Positions 1 to 10,147 are shown, counted from the first letter of the stretch. The stretch: 64,000 nucleotides of DNA from Candidatus Hydrogenedens sp. (GCA_049968235.1 JBMFRC010000013.1:1-64000); one strand, 5' to 3'. Notes: generated from the sequence alone by a model not told the origin. Program-made: numbers and translations.

Positions 1-171
1 AAAGGTGTGTTAATCCTTTCCTTTCTGGGTCTGTATTTTCTGATGCGGTTTGTGGAGGATTTTGTTCGTGCGGATTATACAAAGATTTATGGTAATTTAG
101 ACCTTATGCAGATACTTGCTATTATTTATTATGCCCCTATCCTTTTTCAGTATCCTCCTCATCTATCGTGA
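1..171 (+). CDS. lgt: Prolipoprotein diacylglyceryl transferase, C-terminal fragment (5' end lies outside the window)
   Basis: Frame 1 reads ...FLMRFVEDFVRADYTKIYGNLDLMQILAIIYYAPILF and ends at TGA 169-171. It resembles the Lgt C-terminal R-F-x-VEFFR ... MGQILS pattern, which places it in the Lgt family. Confidence 0.45.
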   Translation, partial: KGVLILSFLGLYFLMRFVEDFVRADYTKIYGNLDLMQILAIIYYAPILFQYPPHLS

Positions 172-822
172 TAAATGATTCCCGCTTTCTCTCCGACAAA
201 AGAAGTGTAATGGAAAAGTAGGAACAGAAAACGAATAAGATACTATCTGCATATCGTACGTATGAAAATATAATTCAGTTTTAATGTTTATCTGATAATA
301 TTTTTTCTCAGGCAGGAATACCGATGTAGAACACATACAGGAGTGCTTGTGTTTCTACAAGCACAATCGGGATGGTTGTGTTAATATTACGAAGTAGCAC
401 AATTGATACAATTGAACTCGCCTTATGGTGTAAACATTCCTGCCTGTAAATATGTATATAGTGGAGGATAAACACAGCTGAAGCAAACAACATCGGTCCT
501 GTTCCCTGCTTATTCCGCTTGTAGATAGGATACAAACTGTAAGATGAACATAAATACGAATGTCTATGCATCTATAATCACAAGCAGGACGCTTGTTTTA
601 CTCTTCTAATGTGTTAATCAAAAAAGCACAAAAATTTGCAAGTAGTTCCTGGCTATTCTGAGAATGGTATCATTATTTATGGTATGAAGAGTGGATATAT
701 GGTTTCTATGAAACATAAAATAGATAGGGGTTGTCTAAAATCAAAAAATTGGAATAGTAATAAAATTCTGTTTTGTTTTTATAGTTTACGAAGAACAATA
801 TATAAGGAAGGTTTTATCGGTT

Positions 823-1785
823 GTGTTTAAATCATATTTATCAAGTTTTCTGGATGGTGTACAAAGCAGGATTTTATGGCAGAGTTTTTTTACAGCCCTT
901 TTTGTATTATTAGCTGTTCAGTTATTTACCATTGGTGTATTGAGTGAGCGGTTGCCTATTGAGGTATCCCGACCTTATTACCAGGAATTAAAAAGTTTTT
1001 CTTTTGAACCGAGGGAAAAATTTGTAATTGATAATGTAGATGGTACAGTAAATATTATACCGAGTAAAGGTTCGAAGATTATAGTTAATGCAGATGCACG
1101 TGGCTATCCCCATCGATATAAGGATAGAGAAAGGGTTAGCCGATTTTCAAAGAATTTATTTCAGATTATAGAAAGTGACCATAGTGTAAGCATAGAAACA
1201 GAACCTCGTCCACGACCGGAGGGAGTAGAATTTCGTGTAGATTATCAGATAACCGTACCAGAAGGTATTAATTTAGAGGTCAATGTTACGGGGAAAGGTA
1301 GTGTTTACATAACCGCAGGGGCAAAAAATGTTTCTGTTCATGCTAATCAAGGGGATATTACTATTATTCAACCCGAAGGGGAAGTTTTTGCCCAGACGAT
1401 ATTAGGTCGAATTGATGTAAGCCAGATAAAAGTATCTGCAGATGTTCAAACAATTAATGGTGCCATATATGCAACCGTGCTTCAAGGAAAAATTAAATCC
1501 AATTCTGTAAATGGAAATATTCAAGCAACTCTGTTAAGTGAGAATATTGAAACTTGTGATTTAAGTGTTACAAATGGTAACATAACATTAGCAATTCCTG
1601 AATTGTTTTCATCTAAAATTTCAGCGAAAACCTATAGAGGTTATATAACTTCGGAGTTCGCATTAGGAGAAATTGCTCCGGGAACTCAGGTTCGCCAGAT
1701 AGAAAAACAGATAGGTAAAGGGGTTGCGGACTTGAAATTAACATCCATGAATGGGAAAATATTAATATCGCGATTGGTTCAATAG
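823..1785 (+). CDS. DUF4097-type putative adhesin / envelope-stress protein (LiaG/YvlB-like) with an N-terminal TM anchor
   Basis: GTG start. It has a hydrophobic N-terminus followed by repeated short beta-strand units (VNGNIQATL, TNGNITLAI, INGAIYATV) typical of DUF4097. It lies immediately upstream of an ECF sigma factor. Confidence 0.55.
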   Translation: MFKSYLSSFLDGVQSRILWQSFFTALFVLLAVQLFTIGVLSERLPIEVSRPYYQELKSFSFEPREKFVIDNVDGTVNIIPSKGSKIIVNADARGYPHRYKDRERVSRFSKNLFQIIESDHSVSIETEPRPRPEGVEFRVDYQITVPEGINLEVNVTGKGSVYITAGAKNVSVHANQGDITIIQPEGEVFAQTILGRIDVSQIKVSADVQTINGAIYATVLQGKIKSNSVNGNIQATLLSENIETCDLSVTNGNITLAIPELFSSKISAKTYRGYITSEFALGEIAPGTQVRQIEKQIGKGVADLKLTSMNGKILISRLVQ

Positions 1786-1839
1786 AAACCAAAATAAATA
1801 TAAATAAGTCAAACTATCTAAAGAACAGAGGAAAAAAGA

Positions 1840-2472
1840 ATGTTTAAATGGTTAAGTTCTTCTTCGCAGTCAAGCGGAGCGATAGTGGCGTGTCCGGGTG
1901 TTGCGGAGAAGGTCTCAGCAGAAACTTCTGAACTTGAACTGGTACGAAAAAGTCAGAAAGGAGATACGGAGGCATTCGCTGAATTGGTGCGAAAATATCA
2001 ACAAATCGTTTATAACATTTCGTATCGGTTCATGCGTGATACAAACCTTGCAGAAGATATGGCTCAAGAATCTTTCATAAAGGCATTCAAACATATAAAA
2101 GGTTTTCGCGGAGATTGTGCCTTTTCGACATGGTTATACCGCGTAACATGTAGTGTTTGTCTGACAGAATTAAACAGAAGGAAGAAAAGAACCGAAGTTG
2201 AACTACAACCCAATACTCCAGTAGGTAGCGTGGAAACAAAAATTAGTGAATATGAAATTGCTGAAAAAATCCGCAAGTGTGTTACCAATCTTTCGGACCG
2301 ATATGCCACCGTTTTAACTCTCTATTATTTGAACGGTATTTCTTATGAAGAGATTGCTGAAATTATGGATATACCTGTGGGAACATTAAAAACATGGATG
2401 TTCCGCGCCCGTAAACAACTGCGGAAAATTGTAGAAAAGGAGATTTTTCCCAATGGTAGAGATTCCTCGTGA
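1840..2472 (+). CDS. ECF-type RNA polymerase sigma-70 family factor
   Basis: The region 2 / region 4 pattern (LVRKSQKGDTEAFAELVRKYQQIVYNISYRF; C-terminal HTH ISYEEIAEIMDIPVGTLKTWMFRARKQL) matches ECF sigma factors. There is an RBS agagga upstream. Confidence 0.85.
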   Translation: MFKWLSSSSQSSGAIVACPGVAEKVSAETSELELVRKSQKGDTEAFAELVRKYQQIVYNISYRFMRDTNLAEDMAQESFIKAFKHIKGFRGDCAFSTWLYRVTCSVCLTELNRRKKRTEVELQPNTPVGSVETKISEYEIAEKIRKCVTNLSDRYATVLTLYYLNGISYEEIAEIMDIPVGTLKTWMFRARKQLRKIVEKEIFPNGRDSS

Positions 2473-2866
2473 AGATGAATTGGATGCATTTATTGAATCG
2501 GTGTTAAAGGAAGAAAAACTTTTACCAACACCGGTTACTTTACATTCCAATGTAGTAAAAAGATTAAAATTACATGAATTAAAAGAAAGGGAACGAATTC
2601 GTTTCCGTTACCTAATGACAGGTTTTGTTATCACAGTTATGACTATTGTTTTAGGTGTTATTTTTTCCATATATTTTTATAAATGGTCTGTCATGTTCTG
2701 GTACGGTTCCGATGCAGGTTGGGGATATTGGGACTACTGCCGAACCTCTTTACAGACTTTCTGGACGAAATATCAGGGGACTTATTCTTTTTTGCTTACA
2801 TTAGGGGTTGCAATAAGCACTTTGGTTATATTACTTACCCCGTGGGCAAAATCTCATAAATTGTAA
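2453..2866 (+). CDS. Putative membrane anti-sigma factor, translationally coupled to the sigma factor by a 20-nt overlap
   Basis: The start overlaps the sigma-factor stop. There is a cytoplasmic N-terminal segment followed by hydrophobic helices (FVITVMTIVLGVIFSIYF). Position and topology are typical of anti-sigma partners. No domain was recognised. Confidence 0.45.
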   Translation: MVEIPREDELDAFIESVLKEEKLLPTPVTLHSNVVKRLKLHELKERERIRFRYLMTGFVITVMTIVLGVIFSIYFYKWSVMFWYGSDAGWGYWDYCRTSLQTFWTKYQGTYSFLLTLGVAISTLVILLTPWAKSHKL

Positions 2867-3012
2867 AATCCATATTATAACGAGGATAATTGCGGACCTT
2901 TTTCCTGTGTTATTTTGCAAAATAATTATGTCTTGTTTTATCTTAATATAATTGTTTTTCGTTATAATAGGGATTGAAAATTATATATAAACATAAAAGA
3001 TGAGACTTATCT

Positions 3013-6000
3013 ATGAGTAAGAAGGTATTTATTCCCCGTGGAATGATTCAAGCGATATTGGTATTGGTTCTTATTGTAATTATAGGGATAGCGCTTGCAT
3101 TTTTATTTGCACCACAAAAGCCCGAAGCCCCTCCGAGGTCAAATATCACTTATGAGAATAAACCTGCAGAGCAGTCCAATAAAAAACCGATGCAACAACA
3201 TGATGAAACCCTTCCCGATATAACTCCGCTTCCCACAGAGGCACAATCGAAAGTTCCCACTACTCAAGAGCCTTCAGGAATACAAGAAACAGCAATAACA
3301 CCGTCCAAAAGTGAGAGAAAAATCTTCACTATTTTAGTAAAGGTAGTAAATGGTCAAAACAATCAGCCTATAGCAGGTTCTATAGTTATGCTGTCATCAA
3401 CAACCGCAAGGAGATATAGACCTTCATTAGCAAGGTTTTCAGTAACATCCGGGCGAACTACTATTGAACCATACCATATACGGGGACCTTTTCGCACAAA
3501 TAACGAAGGTATAGCAGAAGTCATCGTTTATGATACCGATATAAAACAATTTAAGAAAGAAAATCTTCGTCTTATTGCAAAGTATGGAGATTATACTCAG
3601 GGAGAAGAACCCTTACCGGAACTGCAAGAAGAGAAACCAGTTGAAGTAACAATAACATTATACAAAGGCGGGTCAATTGAAGGGAGAGTTGTTGAGGAAG
3701 GTTCAGGGAAAGGTGCCAGTGGAGTTAAAATTATCATTGATGAAGGATTAAATCCCTTTAAACAACAGGGAAAAACTACGCCTTCAATACCTGTTGTAAG
3801 TGATGAAGAAGGGAATTTTAAGTTAGAAGGACTTATCCCAGGCACTTATGGTCTGTTAATCTCTATAGAGGGAACTCCTTATCTCCCCAACAAAAAAGAA
3901 TTTCCCTATAAAAAAGTTACAATTACATCTCCTCAGGATGTGCAGAAAGGGATAATTTTTAAGGTACTACCTGCGGGAATGATTTGGGGATATGTATTGA
4001 ACATGGCAGGAGAACCTGTTTCCGGTGCGGAAGTTTTATTAACTACCTCCCAAAGTATATTTTCACAAGCAGTAAGTGCCTTACTCACCCAAGAAGCACC
4101 TATCTCTACAGTTTCTGATAGCAATGGTTATTATGAAATGGGTGGTGTTCCATTGAATCAGGAATGGCGTTTATATGTAACTGGAACAAAGGGATATACG
4201 CCCCAATTAAGCGATGTGTTCGCTTTAACCCCATCGTATCGAGTAGTTCGTGTGGATATTAATGTTTTTGATGGGACATCCGTTTCCGGATTTGTTCGAG
4301 ATACCGCAGGGAATCCTGTATCACGAGCCGATATTATATGTATGCCCGAATATAGTGCCATTTTTTCACCACTTGACCAGCCCACAACCTTTCAAAATGC
4401 AACCACACAGGAAGATGGTTCTTATTCCATCTCCGGTTTACCCCAAGGAAATTATCAAATTATAGCATGGAAAGCGGGTTATAAAGTCCCCATTTCAGGG
4501 TATAAATTTGCCAGTGATGGATATTCAAAACTTACAGGTATTAATATTACTTTAGAGCCTGTTGAAGCCGGAGAATTATCTGTATTTGGGAAGGTAACAA
4601 ATCCCCAGGGACAGCCTATAAGTGGTGCTGACGTTCAATTGGAAGGAATAACTACTGCAGGGTTCCAGTCCGTAAATGAGTCAACCAAAACGGATAGTGC
4701 AGGAATGTATAAGATTGACGGAGTAAGTATTGGATATTATGAACTGCGAGTATCCTATCCCGGCTATGTAACCCGAACCCTATACAGTGTTCGCTTCAAC
4801 CAGCCCACTGATGTTATTCTGCAAACCTTTGGTGTAATTCGTGGTCAGGTTTTAGTCAAGGAAACGAACTCCCCTCTGGAACAGCCCTTCACAATTGAAG
4901 CGAAACCAGTACCCTTTGGGGCAGAGGAATCCGGTGACATTGCCTTTTCTCAATACACGACAGAAACCACAGAATCTTCATTTACAAACCCGGAAGGTAG
5001 ATTTGAACTTCAATTAGGTCCCGGAGCCTTTGAATTAACAGCAAGTTCCGATGAATATGTAGATGGTAAGACACAGGTAATGGTCCGCGAAGGGGAAACA
5101 GTAGAAGTAAAGATATATGTATCCAAACAGGGAGCGGTTGTTGCAGGAAAAGTTACTATTCGAGGAGGAGGGAATCCACAGGGAGCCAGAGTATTTTTAA
5201 TTCAATCCGAGTCCGAAACAGAAGCAATGACTCGAGCCCTTTTTGCTGAAGATTCCTCCGGTGGAAAAATGCAGATTGTTGGCGAAGACGGCACTTTCCG
5301 TTTTGAGTCGATATCAGAAGGAAATTATGTAATTATAGCCCAGCATGAGGGTTATGCTGTGGGTAACAGTGGTTTGATTTCTTTAAGTGCAGGACAGCGT
5401 ATGGAGAATGTTACAATAACTTTAGGTTCAGGCGGTGGATTAGAAGGTCATGTATATATAGATGGGCAGTTGGCTCCCAACGCAATGGTAATTATTTTAG
5501 GTCCCGGCGGAACAAAAACCACCAATACTGATGCTAATGGTTATTACTACTTTGAAGGGTTAACCAGTGGTGTATATCAGTTAGTTGCATCACCTGTGGG
5601 TTCCGTAGATACCGAAGATATTAATATGAGTGGCTTGTTTGAGACAAGAGGTGTTCCCGTTGAAATTAAAGAGGGACAGACAACCCGTTTCGACTTTGGT
5701 AAAATGGGTGGTGTGCGAATTGAAGGACGGTGTAACCCATCACCTCCCATTGGAGGTATCGCTTTACTCCGACCTCCGTCCGGGCGTCCTTTTGCCTTTG
5801 GACAGGTAGTAAATATGGACGAACTGGTAGGAAGCATGAGTGCGATGGTAAACCCCTTAGGTGGAAATTTTGTTTTTGAAGATGTTCCGACCGGCGAATG
5901 GCAGTTAGATATTTACTATGTTCAGTTTGGTCGTGGGGTTCGATATGTGTTTAGCACGGTCATTTCTGTGAAAGGAGATGAACCTGTTATGAATATTGAC

Positions 6001-6018
6001 TGTATGGTTCGGTTATAA
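3013..6018 (+). CDS. Large (1001 aa) N-terminally membrane-anchored protein with multiple carboxypeptidase-regulatory-like / prealbumin-fold repeat domains
   Basis: There is a TM anchor after the N-terminal K-rich segment. Repeated about 80-aa units end in motifs such as SDSNGYYEMGGVP, TDSAGMYKIDGVSIGYYEL, TDANGYYYFEGLTSGVYQL and GEDGTFRFESISEGNYVI, as in CarbopepD_reg_2 domains. Confidence 0.6.
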   Translation: MSKKVFIPRGMIQAILVLVLIVIIGIALAFLFAPQKPEAPPRSNITYENKPAEQSNKKPMQQHDETLPDITPLPTEAQSKVPTTQEPSGIQETAITPSKSERKIFTILVKVVNGQNNQPIAGSIVMLSSTTARRYRPSLARFSVTSGRTTIEPYHIRGPFRTNNEGIAEVIVYDTDIKQFKKENLRLIAKYGDYTQGEEPLPELQEEKPVEVTITLYKGGSIEGRVVEEGSGKGASGVKIIIDEGLNPFKQQGKTTPSIPVVSDEEGNFKLEGLIPGTYGLLISIEGTPYLPNKKEFPYKKVTITSPQDVQKGIIFKVLPAGMIWGYVLNMAGEPVSGAEVLLTTSQSIFSQAVSALLTQEAPISTVSDSNGYYEMGGVPLNQEWRLYVTGTKGYTPQLSDVFALTPSYRVVRVDINVFDGTSVSGFVRDTAGNPVSRADIICMPEYSAIFSPLDQPTTFQNATTQEDGSYSISGLPQGNYQIIAWKAGYKVPISGYKFASDGYSKLTGINITLEPVEAGELSVFGKVTNPQGQPISGADVQLEGITTAGFQSVNESTKTDSAGMYKIDGVSIGYYELRVSYPGYVTRTLYSVRFNQPTDVILQTFGVIRGQVLVKETNSPLEQPFTIEAKPVPFGAEESGDIAFSQYTTETTESSFTNPEGRFELQLGPGAFELTASSDEYVDGKTQVMVREGETVEVKIYVSKQGAVVAGKVTIRGGGNPQGARVFLIQSESETEAMTRALFAEDSSGGKMQIVGEDGTFRFESISEGNYVIIAQHEGYAVGNSGLISLSAGQRMENVTITLGSGGGLEGHVYIDGQLAPNAMVIILGPGGTKTTNTDANGYYYFEGLTSGVYQLVASPVGSVDTEDINMSGLFETRGVPVEIKEGQTTRFDFGKMGGVRIEGRCNPSPPIGGIALLRPPSGRPFAFGQVVNMDELVGSMSAMVNPLGGNFVFEDVPTGEWQLDIYYVQFGRGVRYVFSTVISVKGDEPVMNIDCMVRL

Positions 6019-6044
6019 TATGAGAAAAAATGAGGAGTTAAATT

Positions 6045-6968
6045 GTGGCTTTCATAGAGGTTGAAAATCTGACAGTATCCTATGGTGATACGGTTGCAAT
6101 TAACGATATATCCTTCCAATTAGAACCCGGTGTTATTGGACTTATTGGTCCCAATGGAGCAGGAAAAACTACCCTCATACGTACTTTCTTAGGGTTTATC
6201 CGTCCTGTAAAAGGAAAAATTATAATTTCGGGTTTATCACTACCCAAAGAAATATTAAAAGTTCGTGCTATTGTAGGACATATGCCCGAACGGGAAGTAG
6301 TAAGTCCAAAAGTAACAGCGGTTAGTTTTTTAGTTTATTGCGGTAGATTGGTCGGAATGTCTTATGTAGATGCACTGGAACGCTCACACGAAGTATTAAA
6401 TTATGTGGGACTGCAGGAAGCACGATACCGTCCTATGCAAACCTATTCTACCGGTATGTTACAACGAGTAAAATTAGCACAAGCCATTCTACATGACCCC
6501 AGAATTTTAATTTTAGACGAACCTACCAACGGATTAGACCCGGATGGTAGATTGGAAATGCTCCAACTGATAAAAGAGATTTCCGAACAACGAGGTGTTA
6601 CGACAATTTTATCTACGCATTTATTACCGGATGTCCAAAATCTATGTTCACAGATTCTTGTATTAAAAAAGGGAAAACTGGTTTACTGTGGAGACCTTAC
6701 TTCTCTGATTGATAGTCGAGTAAATCATTATGAAATTACTGCTCAACCGCCCATCGAACCTTTCAAAGAGGAATTATTAAAAATAGGAATAAAGTTTCAG
6801 GAATTACCTCAGGAGATTTTATCCCTGCAATTACCAGAAAATATTCAACAACAGGAAATATTTCGCTGTGCCCAGCGAGCAGGGACGATAATTCGTTCCT
6901 TTGTTCCTGCAGGAGGAAGTCTGGCGGAATTATTCCAGTCAAAACTTGAGAAGGAAGAGGTAAGTTAA
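6045..6968 (+). CDS. ABC transporter ATP-binding protein (ABC-2 / DrrA-like)
   Basis: Walker A GPNGAGKTT, signature YSTGMLQRV and Walker B ILILDEP are present. The start is GTG, with an RBS gaggag. Confidence 0.85.
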   Translation: MAFIEVENLTVSYGDTVAINDISFQLEPGVIGLIGPNGAGKTTLIRTFLGFIRPVKGKIIISGLSLPKEILKVRAIVGHMPEREVVSPKVTAVSFLVYCGRLVGMSYVDALERSHEVLNYVGLQEARYRPMQTYSTGMLQRVKLAQAILHDPRILILDEPTNGLDPDGRLEMLQLIKEISEQRGVTTILSTHLLPDVQNLCSQILVLKKGKLVYCGDLTSLIDSRVNHYEITAQPPIEPFKEELLKIGIKFQELPQEILSLQLPENIQQQEIFRCAQRAGTIIRSFVPAGGSLAELFQSKLEKEEVS

Positions 6969-6971
6969 TAT

Positions 6972-7862
6972 ATGCCTGTATATTCATTCACTTACAGACC
7001 CTTTGAGGGGAAATATCTTCGTCATTTCCGCTGGTGGGTTATTTTTCTTGAAGAGGTGCGATTATGGAATCGTTCGCGTATCTTCCACTTATTATTCCTT
7101 CTGGGAATGCTACAACCTCTGGCTCGTTTCCTTCAAATTCTTTCTTACAACTCCGCAATGCAGGACCCCAATCATCCATTAGCACCCCTTATTCGTTCTG
7201 TAACCTGGCTAAAAGTCAATGATGAACTTTATTACAATCTTATCCGGTTACAGGCACCTATTGTTTTGCTTCTTCTGCTATATGTCGGAGCCGGAACCGT
7301 ATGCACCGACAAAAAGAACCGTCTCTGGGATATATATTTTTCTAAACCCATTCACTGGTATGACTATCTTGTAGGGAAGTTATTATCTGTTATATTTTGT
7401 GGAATTTCTCTAACCTTTATACCTGCTGTGATACTTATGTTCGTGGACTATGCGACCAAAAAATCATCCACATGGACCGGACTGTTTTCTTATCTTCCCG
7501 TTATGGGCGATAGTCTTATGTTCTCATTGGTGTTGGTTGTCCCTTCCGCCTTAGCCATCATGTCCGCATCCAGTATCTTCCCCACAGAAAATATCACTGT
7601 AATAAGCGTAATAACTATTCTCATAGCCAATACCACTTTAGCAGGACTTCTATCTAACTTTATGAGGGATGGAAATTATATGCAGATTTCATTTCCCGTA
7701 GCCATATATTTTATGGGACAAAAAATCTTTAATGTAGACCGCAATATTTTTTTCCAAACCTCAGATATAAGTACATTGTCTATGTTCCTATACATATTCA
7801 GTGTATCCATTTTTTGTTTACTGATTTGTATACTTCAAGTTCGGAAAGCGGAAAGGGGTTAG
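6972..7862 (+). CDS. ABC-2 family transporter permease
   Basis: A polytopic hydrophobic protein lying directly between two ABC ATPase genes. Confidence 0.55.
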   Translation: MPVYSFTYRPFEGKYLRHFRWWVIFLEEVRLWNRSRIFHLLFLLGMLQPLARFLQILSYNSAMQDPNHPLAPLIRSVTWLKVNDELYYNLIRLQAPIVLLLLLYVGAGTVCTDKKNRLWDIYFSKPIHWYDYLVGKLLSVIFCGISLTFIPAVILMFVDYATKKSSTWTGLFSYLPVMGDSLMFSLVLVVPSALAIMSASSIFPTENITVISVITILIANTTLAGLLSNFMRDGNYMQISFPVAIYFMGQKIFNVDRNIFFQTSDISTLSMFLYIFSVSIFCLLICILQVRKAERG

Positions 7863-7865
7863 TTC

Positions 7866-8804
7866 ATGGATATACAAATTGAATCTAAAGAATTATCTAA
7901 ATGGTTCGGAGAGGTGGTGGCGTTAAATAATGTCTCGCTTCAAATTTCTACCGGTGTTATCGGTTTATTAGGACCGAATGGTGCCGGTAAATCTACATTT
8001 ATTAAATTATCATTAGGTTTATATCGTCCCAGTCGAGGTGAAATTCGTATTTTGGGTGAAAAACCACGCAATAATTTTCATACACTTCAAAAAGTAGGCT
8101 ATTGTCCGGAGATGGACCACTTTGTAGAAGAAGTAAGCGGTTATGAATTTTTATACTGGTTAGCGCGATATTCAGGTTACAAGCCCAAAGTTGCCCGAAA
8201 ACAGGTGGAGTATGCTGTAGAACGGGTCAGTATGACCGAACGGATGTATGACCCTATTGCCACTTATAGTAAAGGGATGCGTCAGCGTATAAAAATCGCT
8301 CAGGCTCTACTCCATGACCCTGCAATCTTATTCTTAGATGAACCTATGAACGGGCTCGACCCAACCGCTCGTGAAGAACTGTTTGAGTTAGTTATTTCTC
8401 TCGGAAACGAAGGAAAAACCGTTATCTTTTCAAGTCATGTATTGCATGAAGTTGAACGCGTTACGGATACTGTAATTTTGATTTATAACGGAAGAGTGCT
8501 GGCTTTCGGAAAAATTCGTGAGATACGTGACCTCATTAAGAATCACCCCCGCACCATTGTTATCGAAACATTAGAACCAAAGAAGGTTTATCAAATATTA
8601 AGTGTAGATGAAAATATCACTACGGTAAATTTTGATACCCAGTCTTTAACAGTGCATACATTAGACCCTATGCAAACATTTAAACATATCAATGAGATAT
8701 TCCTGGATGGGAAAGTCACTATATATAGTTTCCGTTGTGCGGACGAAGATTTACAGTCCGTGTTCCGATACTTAATTTCAACTCATATCCCACGAGGGTT
8801 ATAA
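7866..8804 (+). CDS. ABC transporter ATP-binding protein (second copy)
   Basis: Walker A GPNGAGKST, signature YSKGMRQRI and Walker B ILFLDEP are present. Confidence 0.85.
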   Translation: MDIQIESKELSKWFGEVVALNNVSLQISTGVIGLLGPNGAGKSTFIKLSLGLYRPSRGEIRILGEKPRNNFHTLQKVGYCPEMDHFVEEVSGYEFLYWLARYSGYKPKVARKQVEYAVERVSMTERMYDPIATYSKGMRQRIKIAQALLHDPAILFLDEPMNGLDPTAREELFELVISLGNEGKTVIFSSHVLHEVERVTDTVILIYNGRVLAFGKIREIRDLIKNHPRTIVIETLEPKKVYQILSVDENITTVNFDTQSLTVHTLDPMQTFKHINEIFLDGKVTIYSFRCADEDLQSVFRYLISTHIPRGL

Positions 8805-8810
8805 AATCAA

Positions 8811-9661
8811 TGAAGATATTGAAAATTAAAAACATAGGTAGTCTTCTTTTTGATATAAAAACATCTTTCCTTCATGCTTTAACAATTACCCTGCGACGCG
8901 ACCGTTTTTTACTGATGTCCGCAATATGTGTTCTTCCTGTGGTAATTCCTATCTTTGTGGCATTATTTTCCCGAGCCATGTTCCGCGAAAGTGGTCTGGA
9001 AATTTTTATCCGCCTATCCGAACAAATATATGTTCACACACTTACTCCATTACTGGCGTTGTTTATCGGTTTGATTGGAATTCGTGAAGAAGTAGATTCT
9101 TTAACAATCGTGTATCTACTTACAAGACCTGTATCGAAATTAGCATGGATACTCGGTCGGTTCCTTGCTTATATGCTTATTTCTACTTTTCTACTAACCA
9201 TAGGGCTTTTCTTAACATTTTTTGCCTGTGTCGTTTTGGGGAGTATCTATGTAGATTTTATTGGTATAGGTATGTTACTGCAATATTTAGGTGTAGGAAT
9301 TATGGGATTGATGGGGTATGGTGCAATCAGTTTTATGTTAGGCTGTGCTACAAATTACCCTATTATTATTGGTGTTATACTATTCTTCGGTTGGGAGAAA
9401 ATCGCAAATGTAATTCCCGGCATAGCAGATTTCTGGACGATACAAAAGTATTTAGACTCTATGTTTCCGGTTCTTGCCTCTCAGCGATACAATCGAGCAG
9501 TAATTACTGTTATTGGTAGTTTCCAGAAAGAACTGTTTTTCGTTAGTCCACAACGGGCTTTTATGACTATCACGATTATGAGTATTTTATTCCTGATGTT
9601 AGCAATCTGGTTTGTCCTCTGGCGTGAATTTACAAAAGACCGTGTTGTCGGCACTCGCTAA
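8811..9661 (+). CDS. ABC-2 family transporter permease (second copy)
   Basis: The ATG at 8811 lies just after the ATPase stop. The ORF-track start at 8735 overlaps the ATPase and is probably an over-extension. The product has multiple TM helices. Confidence 0.55.
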
Positions 9662-9670
9662 AATCTATGT

Positions 9671-10147
9671 TCAGGGAATGCTTGCCAGCACTTCCCGGGC
9701 ATGTCCTTCCGGTTTTACTTTCCTCCAGACTTTAATTATTTTCCCATCAGGACCAATCAAAAATGTGGAACGAATAATCCCATAACTAATCTTACCATAC
9801 ATATTTTTCTCACCCCAGGCACCATATTTTTCAGCAATCTGATGTCCTTCATCAGAAAGCAAATGGAAACTGAGACTATATTTATCGGCAAAGGAACAAT
9901 GAGATTCCAAAGAATCAGGACTAACCCCCAGAACAACTACGTTCCTCTTCTCAAATTCTGATGTGAACTCTTGAAATCCCTTTGCTTCTATTGTACAACC
10001 TGGGGTATCATCCTTCGGATAAAAATACAACACAACATATTTCCCACGGAAATCTGATAACTGAATTTTTTCACCACGATGGCTTTTTAATGAAATTTTT
10101 GGGGCAGAATTTCCTTCTTTTATAGGTTGAATTTTGGGTTTGCTCAT
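9671..10147 (-). CDS. bcp: Thiol peroxidase Bcp (peroxiredoxin, thioredoxin fold)
   Basis: YFYPKDDTPGCTIEAKGF contains the peroxidatic Cys in a TPGCT motif. The 158-aa size matches Bcp. Confidence 0.8.
   Translation of the reverse strand: MSKPKIQPIKEGNSAPKISLKSHRGEKIQLSDFRGKYVVLYFYPKDDTPGCTIEAKGFQEFTSEFEKRNVVVLGVSPDSLESHCSFADKYSLSFHLLSDEGHQIAEKYGAWGEKNMYGKISYGIIRSTFLIGPDGKIIKVWRKVKPEGHAREVLASIP

Noticed and set aside
308-830. ORFs 308..571 (minus) and 636..830 (plus) in the lgt-downstream gap
   Set aside because: Their composition is odd (Cys/Tyr/Ile-rich, no motifs), they have no RBS, and they overlap the hairpin-rich intergenic region. I treat them as non-coding.
9145-9519. 124-aa plus-strand ORF inside the second ABC-2 permease gene, and the many 60-120-aa antisense ORFs inside large genes (for example 3597..3845, 25099..25353, 32523..32753, 45048..45239)
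   Set aside because: These are alternate-frame or antisense ORFs embedded in well-supported longer genes. They have no RBS and no motifs and are typical byproducts of six-frame translation.
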